Origin: Rikenellaceae bacterium
GTDB lineage: Bacteria > Bacteroidota > Bacteroidia > Bacteroidales > Rikenellaceae
Direction of reading: 5' to 3'
Assembly: GCA_015060105.1 (NCBI GenBank)
Contig: SUZD01000010.1
Span: 5,503 to 69,502, forward strand
DNA: 64,000 bases
Every line of letters starts with the position of its first letter. The stretch's first letter is position 1. The position numbers and the translations under genes were made by a program. Positions 10,060 to 17,698 of the stretch are shown one piece after another. The notes beneath the pieces are model-generated. The model saw only the letters and a program-made list of their open reading frames with translations. It did not search any database and had not been told where the DNA came from.

Positions 10060-11192
10060 TATCTTGGATTTATTTGTTTGCTCACGGTGAGAGCAAAATG
10101 GGTGAATATTATATTTGCATTGCCGTTTTGGCGGATTTGTGCCAACGCACGTTCCATCTCCATAACGAGTGTTTCGATATTGTCATTGCCGATGAACGGC
10201 GAAAATTTGCGGCAGAACTCCAACTCCTCGCCCCACAGGTAACAAATCTCGTTCATACCGGCGTGCAACATATAACTGCTGCGTAATAGGCGTATGGAGT
10301 TCTCCAAGAAGTGTTTTTGGGGCTCGCGGCCCAACTTCGCAACGCGATCTGCCCAACCCATCAGCTCCAAGTGCTTGTTGTTGTAGCTCAAACGCATCAG
10401 CTCGACAAACAGAGCGAAGTTTTCGTCGCTCTCCTCCTCGCTATCCACAAGTCGTCGCGCTTCCAACAGGTCGCCTCCCGACAGCTTGGCTATCTGCGAC
10501 GCTTTGTCTGCCGCCACGCCTTCACTTACAAGCTTCTCGGCAATCAATCCCTCGGCCACCTGACCGATATGGTAGGGTTGTGTTCTACTGATGATTGTCG
10601 GCAGCAGCACCTCGGGCGACTCGCTGACCAAAATGAACAGCGTCTTATCCCAGGGCTCTTCCAATATTTTGAGCATTGCGTTGGCGGGCTCGCCTTTCAT
10701 TCGTTCGGGCAGCCAGATAACCACCGCTTTATACTCCGCCTCGAAACTTTTGAACGACAACTTGCGCATCATCTCGCCGATGTCGCCGGTGCTGATATTG
10801 CCTTGTTGGTTATCCAGCCCGATGGCGTCGTACCACTCCTGCTCGCTGAAATAGCCGCCGGTTTGGCCGACAATTTGTCGCCACTCGCCCATAAAATGGT
10901 CGCTCAGGATAACCTCGTCGGCCTTTTTGTTCTTCTTGTTTACGGGCATTACCATATGCAGGTCGGGGTGTTCCAAAGCCTGCATCTTGCGACACGAAGC
11001 ACACTCGCCACAACTGTCGCCATCGTGACGATTGGTGCAGTTGATATACTGAACAAAAGCCAGCGCCAACGCCAACGAGCCACAACCAGGGCGACCCGCA
11101 AACAGCAATGCGTGGCTAATTCGACCCTCGGCAACCGAGCGACGAAGTCCCTCTTTCAACTCTTCGTGTCCTATGACCTCCCTAAACAACAT
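10059..11192 (-). CDS. holB: DNA polymerase III subunit delta-prime
   Basis: 377 aa with ISHALLFAGRPGCGS (degenerate P-loop) and a zinc-module-like CGECASC. Confidence 0.85.
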   Translation of the reverse strand: MLFREVIGHEELKEGLRRSVAEGRISHALLFAGRPGCGSLALALAFVQYINCTNRHDGDSCGECASCRKMQALEHPDLHMVMPVNKKNKKADEVILSDHFMGEWRQIVGQTGGYFSEQEWYDAIGLDNQQGNISTGDIGEMMRKLSFKSFEAEYKAVVIWLPERMKGEPANAMLKILEEPWDKTLFILVSESPEVLLPTIISRTQPYHIGQVAEGLIAEKLVSEGVAADKASQIAKLSGGDLLEARRLVDSEEESDENFALFVELMRLSYNNKHLELMGWADRVAKLGREPQKHFLENSIRLLRSSYMLHAGMNEICYLWGEELEFCRKFSPFIGNDNIETLVMEMERALAQIRQNGNANIIFTHFALTVSKQINPR

Positions 11193-11204
11193 ATCTGCGT
11201 AGTA

Positions 11205-11639
11205 TTAACCGCGTCCTGTACTTCCGAAACCGCCTGCGCCTCGCTCGGTGGCTCCCAACTCCTCGACCTCGCACCACTCAACTTGTGCGTGTGCGGCTAC
11301 GACAGCTTGGGCAATGCGCTCGCCGGGTTTAATCTCGAAGGGCTCGTTCGACAGATTGACCAAGATGACCTTAATCTCGCCACGATAGTCGGCGTCGATG
11401 GTGCCGGGCGAGTTGAGGACACTGATTCCGTGTTTGGCTGCCAAGCCACTGCGGGGACGAATCTGCATCTCGTAACCCTCGGGCAACTCGACATATAATC
11501 CTGTCGGAACCAATGCGCGCTCCAACGGGCCGAGTGTAATGCTTTGCTCCATTGCTGCGCGAAGGTCCATACCTGCCGACAGCGGTGTCGCATAACTCGG
11601 AAGCTCCATTCCCGAACGGTTTATGATATTAACTTTCAT
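11205..11639 (-). CDS. dut: dUTP diphosphatase
   Basis: 144 aa with [18 protein letters not shown] and C-terminal [10 protein letters not shown] motifs. Confidence 0.95.
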   Translation of the reverse strand: MKVNIINRSGMELPSYATPLSAGMDLRAAMEQSITLGPLERALVPTGLYVELPEGYEMQIRPRSGLAAKHGISVLNSPGTIDADYRGEIKVILVNLSNEPFEIKPGERIAQAVVAAHAQVEWCEVEELGATERGAGGFGSTGRG

Positions 11640-11664
11640 AATATTTCCTCTTTTTGAGTGTAAG

Positions 11665-13119
11665 TTATTTTTTGAGTTTATGTCTAATCATTTCAAAAAG
11701 TCGCTCGCGCCAGCCTGCGTACAGAGCATACGCACCAAGAGCCACGATGCTCACGCCATATTGTACCCAAAGGCTCTCGGTTGCATCGTCTGCCAGCGAG
11801 CAGGCGAAGTACAGCACCAAGCCGAGGACGACATACTCGCCGATGCGCCCCCATTGATAGGGCGTCGGGAAGTATTTGCGGTTGAGCCACCAACTGATAG
11901 CCACCATAACAGCCTCACTTATAAGCCTTGCCCACGCAGCTCCGTAGTAGCCCAAGCGCGGAATGAGCACCACATTTGCCACCACATTTGCCGCAACGCC
12001 CGCAAACGTAACGTAGATGGCATAACGGGTTTTCTCCTCGCGTTTGTACCAGAACGACAAGTTAAGCCACACGCCCGCCAGCAAGTGCCCGATAAGTATC
12101 ACGGGCAGAATATAAACTCCCTCGCGGAACTCTGGACCCGCCAACAGTGCAAATACATCTTTGAACAGTGCAATGCCGAGGAAAATCGCCATCGACACCA
12201 TAACGTAGTATTTGAGTGCGGCCGCATTGGTCTCAACGAACTCCTCCTTGCGGAAGTTCGACAGGAAGAACGGCTCGGCGGCAAGTCGGTACATCTGCGT
12301 AAAGAGCAACATTACCACCGCAATTTTGGTCACTGCGCCATAGATACCCAGCTCGGCAAAAGCGGCTTCGCCACCCGGTGTCAGCCACTTGATTAGTTGT
12401 CGGTCGAGAAACTCACCTGCCGTACCCGCAACACCGCCAATCAACAACGGCATCGAGTAGGCAAGGATAACCCTCAACTGCGCCCAATCAACCTTCGGCA
12501 ACACGCCATCGCAACTCGGCAGTATCAGCAGCCACGTCACCACGCTCGATGCAAGGTTTGCAACAAAGACCCAACCCACGCCAAACTCGCTTTGGTACAG
12601 TCCCGCCTCGCCAAAGGCAAACGCCAACGCAACCTGAATTACGATACCCACAATTTTGAGCGTCACAAAGCGCACCGCCCGACCTTGCTCCCGCAATCGC
12701 GAGAAGGGAATCGTAGCCCACACATCGAACATCACAATCAACGCCATCAGCACAATGTAGAGCGGTTGCTCGACATAGACCTCACCCAGAGCGTGTCCTA
12801 TGGGTGTTCGCAGTAGAATTACCACCGCTGCAAACAGAGCTGCCGCCAATGAGGTTATACCCCAAGTTGTTGCGAATAGATGTCGTTTGCCCGCCTCGTC
12901 GGTCTTGCCCGCAAAGCGGAAATAGCTGCTCTCCATTCCCATCGTCAGCACCACCAACGCAAAGGGAATGAGTGCATAGATGTCGGTCACAACGCCATAC
13001 TGCTCGGTGCCGAGGATATGGGTGTAGTACGGAAACAGCAGGTAGCTCAACATTCTGACAACAATGCTGCTGATACCGTAAATGGCGGTCTGTCCTGCGA
13101 GTTTTCCGATAAGTCCCAT
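11665..13119 (-). CDS. Oligosaccharide/polysaccharide flippase (Wzx/MOP superfamily)
   Basis: 484 aa with about 12-14 TM helices and a typical MOP-flippase N-terminus, [20 protein letters not shown]. Confidence 0.8.
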   Translation of the reverse strand: MGLIGKLAGQTAIYGISSIVVRMLSYLLFPYYTHILGTEQYGVVTDIYALIPFALVVLTMGMESSYFRFAGKTDEAGKRHLFATTWGITSLAAALFAAVVILLRTPIGHALGEVYVEQPLYIVLMALIVMFDVWATIPFSRLREQGRAVRFVTLKIVGIVIQVALAFAFGEAGLYQSEFGVGWVFVANLASSVVTWLLILPSCDGVLPKVDWAQLRVILAYSMPLLIGGVAGTAGEFLDRQLIKWLTPGGEAAFAELGIYGAVTKIAVVMLLFTQMYRLAAEPFFLSNFRKEEFVETNAAALKYYVMVSMAIFLGIALFKDVFALLAGPEFREGVYILPVILIGHLLAGVWLNLSFWYKREEKTRYAIYVTFAGVAANVVANVVLIPRLGYYGAAWARLISEAVMVAISWWLNRKYFPTPYQWGRIGEYVVLGLVLYFACSLADDATESLWVQYGVSIVALGAYALYAGWRERLFEMIRHKLKK

Positions 13120-13143
13120 AAAGTGTATGGCTGTTGTAACTTA

Positions 13144-13175
13144 CAAAAGTAAGAATAAAAATCGGGTTTCCCAAA
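13144..13175 (-). promoter_or_regulatory. Candidate Bacteroidetes sigma-A promoter for the flippase gene
   Basis: On the minus strand, TTTG (13172-13175) is followed by a 20-nt spacer and TActTTTG (13144-13151), 25 nt upstream of the ATG. Confidence 0.45.
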
Positions 13176-13266
13176 CGCGCGCACGTGTGAGTAGGCTTTG
13201 AGGGGCGTATTTTTTTGCATTTGGAGGGGGTGTTTAGGTCGAAAAACGGATTTTGTCGGTAAAGTT

Positions 13267-13297
13267 TTTGAAAATTGCCCCCAAGTGCTTATCTTTG
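13267..13297 (+). promoter_or_regulatory. Candidate promoter for the tRNA gene
   Basis: TTTG (13267-13270), a 19-nt spacer, then TAtcTTTG (13290-13297), about 40 nt upstream of the tRNA 5' end. Confidence 0.5.
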
Positions 13298-13338
13298 CGC
13301 CACTATTGCGAGCGCAGTTGTTGCGTCCGACCGATAGA

Positions 13339-13415
<77 letters not shown>

Positions 13416-13417
13416 AA

Positions 13418-13446
13418 AGTCTCGATTTTGTCGAGGCTTTTTTTTA
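13418..13446 (+). terminator. Rho-independent terminator after the tRNA
   Basis: Stem AGTCTCGA/TCGAGGCT (one G-U pair) followed by T8. Confidence 0.7.
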
Positions 13447-13518
13447 TTTCCGAAAGGGATTGTAGGCCGTTTTGTTTTCTTGGCAGGAATGTATAACTTT
13501 GCAAAAAACCAACAAACG

Positions 13519-14454
13519 ATGACTCCCCGAATAAGTGTAATAATTCCCGTCTATAATGCCGAGCAATTTTTGGCGCAATGTGTCGATAGCGTGTTGGCGC
13601 AAAATGGCCTCGATTTCGAAGTGTTGCTCATCAATGACGGAAGCCGCGATCGCAGCCTCGAAATATGCCAAAATTATGCTGCGCAGGACCCGCGAGTAAG
13701 GGTGTTTGATAAGCCCAACGGAGGTGTTAGTTCGGCTCGAAATATGGGCTTGGATAATGCGCTCGGAGAGTGGGTTGTGTTTGTTGATGCCGACGACGGT
13801 TTGGTGCCGGAAGCGTTCTCGGTGCTTGCTCCGCATCTTGCTGATAATGATGTTGTTCGCTTCTCGTCACGGGATATTTTTGCCGACGGAGGAGTTCGTT
13901 ACCGTCGCCTTACTCCTGCCGCAAATCGTGACGAATCTTTTGCCCAAGTTATTGGTCACAGATCGATTTGTGCGGCTTGGAGTGGAGTGTTTCGTCGTGC
14001 GATTTTCGAGCAGCACAAAGTCCGTTTCAGCACCCAATTAACCTATGGCGAAGATTGGCTTGTTTTGGCGACAATTCTGTTCCATAGCAGCAAAGTTGTG
14101 ACGCTTCACGATGCACATCTCTACATCTATAATCGAGGTAATGATACGAGTTGTACCAACACTATGACGAGTGGAAAATTGATACAATCGATGTTGGTTG
14201 TGCGGATGTTTCGTGAGATGGTGGGCGAGGGGTGTTATGTGCGCGAGTTGAGCCACTCGCGTTGTCGCCGAGTGGGAATGTTGATTAAGCATTGTGGTCA
14301 CGCCCAAACTGCGCGCGAATTATTTGCCGTGCGCGACAGGATTGATATGCTGACGCTCAAAGATATAGTGACTTCGAAACTGCATTTGAGTCTGCGCTTC
14401 CGACTATTACGATTTTGGATTAGGTATCTTGCTTTTGCAGGGGAAGTTGCCTAA
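13519..14454 (+). CDS. Glycosyltransferase family 2
   Basis: MTPRISVIIPVYNAEQFL..LINDGSRD..VDADD. I chose the ATG at 13519, because the track start 13396 lies inside the tRNA and terminator. Confidence 0.8.
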   Translation: MTPRISVIIPVYNAEQFLAQCVDSVLAQNGLDFEVLLINDGSRDRSLEICQNYAAQDPRVRVFDKPNGGVSSARNMGLDNALGEWVVFVDADDGLVPEAFSVLAPHLADNDVVRFSSRDIFADGGVRYRRLTPAANRDESFAQVIGHRSICAAWSGVFRRAIFEQHKVRFSTQLTYGEDWLVLATILFHSSKVVTLHDAHLYIYNRGNDTSCTNTMTSGKLIQSMLVVRMFREMVGEGCYVRELSHSRCRRVGMLIKHCGHAQTARELFAVRDRIDMLTLKDIVTSKLHLSLRFRLLRFWIRYLAFAGEVA

Positions 14455-14587
14455 CAAGGTGATTTCTGCGTTGTCCTCCGATTCGCAATCCTCACATACG
14501 CCGAGTATGCTGCGGTTGCTCATCAGTCGTCCGCCTTGAAATCCCACTTGTTATACAACTTCTGGTGTAGGTAAGGTGATTTCTGCG
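14443..14587 (+). repeat. Nested-hairpin intergenic repeat, locus A (one unit plus a partial second left arm), subfamily 1
   Basis: GAAGTTGCCTAACAAGGTGATTTC...TCCTCACATACGCCGAGTATGCTGCGG...GAAATCCCACTTGTTATACAACTTCT, then AAGGTGATTTCTGCG repeated at 14573-14587. The core is shared with loci B, C and D. Confidence 0.85.
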
Positions 14588-14600
14588 AAATGTGAATATA

Positions 14601-14634
14601 AAAGGACTGTCACAAATTGGACAGTCCTTTTTTT
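14601..14634. terminator. Bidirectional terminator between GT2 (+) and gadC (-)
   Basis: Perfect 10-bp stem AAAGGACTGT/ACAGTCCTTT with T-runs on both strands. It overlaps the gadC stop codon. Confidence 0.8.
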
Positions 14635-16105
14635 ACTTTTTACTCTCGTTGGAGAAGGGTGCAAATTCGGCTTTCGGGTCGCGCCACGAGGGCTTACGCA
14701 TAGCGTAAATCACAAGTGGTATGACGACCATAACCACACAACCGATTATCAGCACCGAGTACCATACAGCATTGCTTCCGGTGGCTATCTGTCCGGGTGG
14801 CACAAAACTCAAAACAAATGCCAGCAGCGAGCCGAGAAAACCGACGCCGCCAATAAGCCACATCACTCCATTTCCTTTGCCTCGGCCCAAGCGGAAAGGT
14901 CGCGCCGTTGAACGCATCTTGTAACGCAAAGCGATGGCCGCTGCGAACATCAGCATATACATTATAAGATACAGCAAGATAGTGAGTTGCGACAATATCT
15001 GGTAGAACGATTGCACCGAGGGCATAATCACAAAAAGCAGTGCCAAAAGCGATACAATTCCGCCTTGTACCAACAGGATATTTCGTTGGACTCCGCGTTT
15101 GTTGGTGCGTTGGAAGAAGGGGGGTAAATAGCCTGCACGTCCAACCATAAAAATACCTTTTGATGGGCCGGCAACCCAAGTCAAAACGCCCGCCAAAACT
15201 CCGAACATCAGCGCAATGGCGATTATCGGGCCCGCCCACGAGATGTGGAAGTGGCGGAAATAGTTGTCAAATCCGATGAGCAGAGATTGTGTCAGGCTGA
15301 TGTCTTTGGCGGGTATGATGAAGCCCAGCGAAAAGGTGCCTAATACAAAGATACACACCGTGATAATGGAGCCGATGATGATGGCTCGAGGATACCCTTT
15401 TGATGGATTTTCGACCTCCATAACGTGCACACCCATCATCTCCATTCCCGCGTAGAACAGGAAGATACTGCTTGCCAAAACCAGATTGTCGAACTTCGAT
15501 AAGTCGGGTAGAAAACCTTGCGACATATCCATATTGTTGTGGCCTCCCGTTGCGATGTAGATTGCGCCCAGCACAATCAGCAGACCGGCGGGGATAATGG
15601 TGCCAATCATACCGCCCCACTTACTGATTTTGCCGACCCAACTGAGTCCTTTCAGTGCGATGAAGGTGGCGACCCAATAGATTGCAAGCACCACGACGAT
15701 TGTGAATAGTTTGCCCGATGCGAGTTCCATATCGTGTGTCTCGTTGCTGCCGATAAACGCCAACGAAACGGCACCGAAGGTCAAAACCGTAGGATACCAG
15801 ATGGTCGATTCAATCCACTGCAACCAAATTGCAAGGAAGCCTGTGCGGGCTCCAAAAGCCTCGCCAACCCAGCGAAAAACACCGCCCTGCTTGTCCGAAA
15901 ACATCGCAGCAAGTTCGGCAGCAACCATCGCCGTAGGTATCAGAAAGACAATGGCAGCAAACAGATAGTAGAAGGCCGATGAAGGGCCATAAACAGCCTC
16001 GGCAGGCAAACCTCGAAGGCTCACAACTGCCGTCACATTCATAATTGCGAGGGTCATTACGCTCAACTTGAAGCCGCGACCAACGCTCGATTTATCACTG
16101 CTCAT
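14633..16105 (-). CDS. gadC: Glutamate:GABA antiporter (APC superfamily)
   Basis: 490 aa with about 12 TM helices and an APC-type N-terminus. It lies immediately downstream of glutamate decarboxylase. Confidence 0.85.
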   Translation of the reverse strand: MSSDKSSVGRGFKLSVMTLAIMNVTAVVSLRGLPAEAVYGPSSAFYYLFAAIVFLIPTAMVAAELAAMFSDKQGGVFRWVGEAFGARTGFLAIWLQWIESTIWYPTVLTFGAVSLAFIGSNETHDMELASGKLFTIVVVLAIYWVATFIALKGLSWVGKISKWGGMIGTIIPAGLLIVLGAIYIATGGHNNMDMSQGFLPDLSKFDNLVLASSIFLFYAGMEMMGVHVMEVENPSKGYPRAIIIGSIITVCIFVLGTFSLGFIIPAKDISLTQSLLIGFDNYFRHFHISWAGPIIAIALMFGVLAGVLTWVAGPSKGIFMVGRAGYLPPFFQRTNKRGVQRNILLVQGGIVSLLALLFVIMPSVQSFYQILSQLTILLYLIMYMLMFAAAIALRYKMRSTARPFRLGRGKGNGVMWLIGGVGFLGSLLAFVLSFVPPGQIATGSNAVWYSVLIIGCVVMVVIPLVIYAMRKPSWRDPKAEFAPFSNESKK

Positions 16106-16129
16106 AACAACACTTTATTAGATGGTTAA

Positions 16130-16149
16130 GGGGAGCGAAGAGGCTCCCC
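16130..16149 (-). other. Intercistronic stem-loop between gadB and gadC
   Basis: GGGGAGC-6 nt-GCTCCCC with no following T-run on the transcribed strand. It is probably an RNA processing or stability element rather than a terminator. Confidence 0.4.
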
Positions 16150-16160
16150 CGTAAACTGTT

Positions 16161-17564
16161 TTAGTGGGTGTAAACGCGACCTTTGAGACTCTTTTCGCGC
16201 TTCTCGTACGATAGGCGTGACGAGGTGGGATAAGCCAATTTTTCGAGCTCTTCAACGGCCGAGCGAATATCAGCCAACAGCATATCGGCCATATCGCGCG
16301 ACATTCCCTGACGAACAACGATTCGCATCACGACCATATCTTCGATGCTCTTCGGCATTGTGTAGGCGGGCACCATCCACCCCTTCTGCATCAACTTGTC
16401 TTGCAGGTCGTACAGAGTCCAGCGAGCCTTGCGGTCGTATTCGGGATTCATATACCAGATGAATAGCGGGTTTTCCAATCGCTTGGCGTAGTTGCGGAAA
16501 CACTCCATTTTGCCAATCTCTTCGTGGCAATATTTGGCCACCTCCATCGAGGTTTGATGAATCTCCTTGTAGCCCTCGAAGCCCAAACGAATGAAATTGT
16601 AGTATTGGCCGAGAATCTGCGCTGCGGGGCGCGAAAAGTTAAGGCCGACTTGCGAAATGCTGGCTCCCAAGTAATTGACGCTGAACGACATCTCTTCGGG
16701 CAGATAACTCTTGTCGCGCCATACTACCCAGCCCAAACCCGGATAAACCAAGCCGTATTTGTGGCCCGAGGTCGAGATGGATTTCACCCATTTAAGACGG
16801 AAATCCCAGCGCGTTTCGGGTTGCAGGAACGGCAGAATGAAGCCGCCCGAAGCTGCATCGACGTGAATAGGGATTTCGTATCCCGTGCGACGATTATATT
16901 GGTCGAGTTCGTGGTCGAGCGCCTCAATATCGTCGTTCATACCTGTCCAAGTGACGCCGGCAATAGGCACGATGCAGATTGTATTTTCGTCGCACATCGC
17001 CAATGCTTGTTTTGGGTCGAGGGTGATGTGTTCGTGGGTCAGGGGCACGGTGCGCATCTCGATTTGCCACAGTTGGCAGAACTTCTCCCATACAACCTGA
17101 TAGGCCGAACTCATTACCAAGTTGGGCTTATCGTAGGGTTTTCCTGCGTCCTTTCGACGCTTACGCCAACGCAGCCACGCAGCAACACCGCCCAGCATAC
17201 AGGCCTCCGACGAGCCAATGCCCGGCGCACCCGTTTTCCACTCGCTCTCCTCGGGCGAGTGCCACAGATTTGCAATGATGTTGATGCAACGGCCACTCAT
17301 AACGGCAACCCTCGGATACTCCGTTTCGTCGATATAGTTGATGGCAATCGACTCGTTCATCAGGCGTGTACCATAGTCGTCCATATAGGTAGTGACGAAG
17401 GTTGCCAGATTCAATCGAGGTTGTGTTTGCGGATAGGTCTCGTCCTTGACGATTTGGTATGCAATCTCGGGCGACATTTTGTGTTTCGGAAGAGTTTCGG
17501 TTGGAGCCGAATGGCGCATCTCCTTCGAGCCGAAGATGGCTGTGGTAATGTTTTCTTTATCCAT
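16161..17564 (-). CDS. gadB: Glutamate decarboxylase (PLP-dependent)
   Basis: 467 aa. SISTSGHKYGLVYPGLGWVVWRD matches the GAD PLP-lysine region. Confidence 0.93.
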   Translation of the reverse strand: MDKENITTAIFGSKEMRHSAPTETLPKHKMSPEIAYQIVKDETYPQTQPRLNLATFVTTYMDDYGTRLMNESIAINYIDETEYPRVAVMSGRCINIIANLWHSPEESEWKTGAPGIGSSEACMLGGVAAWLRWRKRRKDAGKPYDKPNLVMSSAYQVVWEKFCQLWQIEMRTVPLTHEHITLDPKQALAMCDENTICIVPIAGVTWTGMNDDIEALDHELDQYNRRTGYEIPIHVDAASGGFILPFLQPETRWDFRLKWVKSISTSGHKYGLVYPGLGWVVWRDKSYLPEEMSFSVNYLGASISQVGLNFSRPAAQILGQYYNFIRLGFEGYKEIHQTSMEVAKYCHEEIGKMECFRNYAKRLENPLFIWYMNPEYDRKARWTLYDLQDKLMQKGWMVPAYTMPKSIEDMVVMRIVVRQGMSRDMADMLLADIRSAVEELEKLAYPTSSRLSYEKREKSLKGRVYTH

Positions 17565-17613
17565 AACGCTTAAATTTTAATGTATGTCACCCTGCCAATT
17601 CACAAACTATGCC

Positions 17614-17657
17614 ACAAAAAAAAGAGGTGCGACCCACACACGTGAGTCGCACCCTCC
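17614..17657 (-). terminator. Rho-independent terminator of the 955-aa lipoprotein gene
   Basis: On the minus strand, GGGTGCGAC..GTCGCACC(T)C is followed by T8. Confidence 0.75.
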
Positions 17658-17698
17658 AAACAGCCCGCAAGGGGCTATATTATATATTGGTGTAATGA

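Noticed and set aside
14449-14557. Integron attC-like reading of repeat subfamily 1 (left GCCTAAC fits RYYYAAC; right GTTATAC is close to GTTRRRY; imperfect arms with bulges)
   Set aside because: - There is no intI gene.
- The loci are dispersed behind housekeeping genes, not bounding promoterless cassettes.
- The right box violates RRR.
- Subfamily 2 has different arm ends (GCATAATTAG/CTAATTATGC).

It is still worth one IntegronFinder/attC covariance-model run, but I do not call it.
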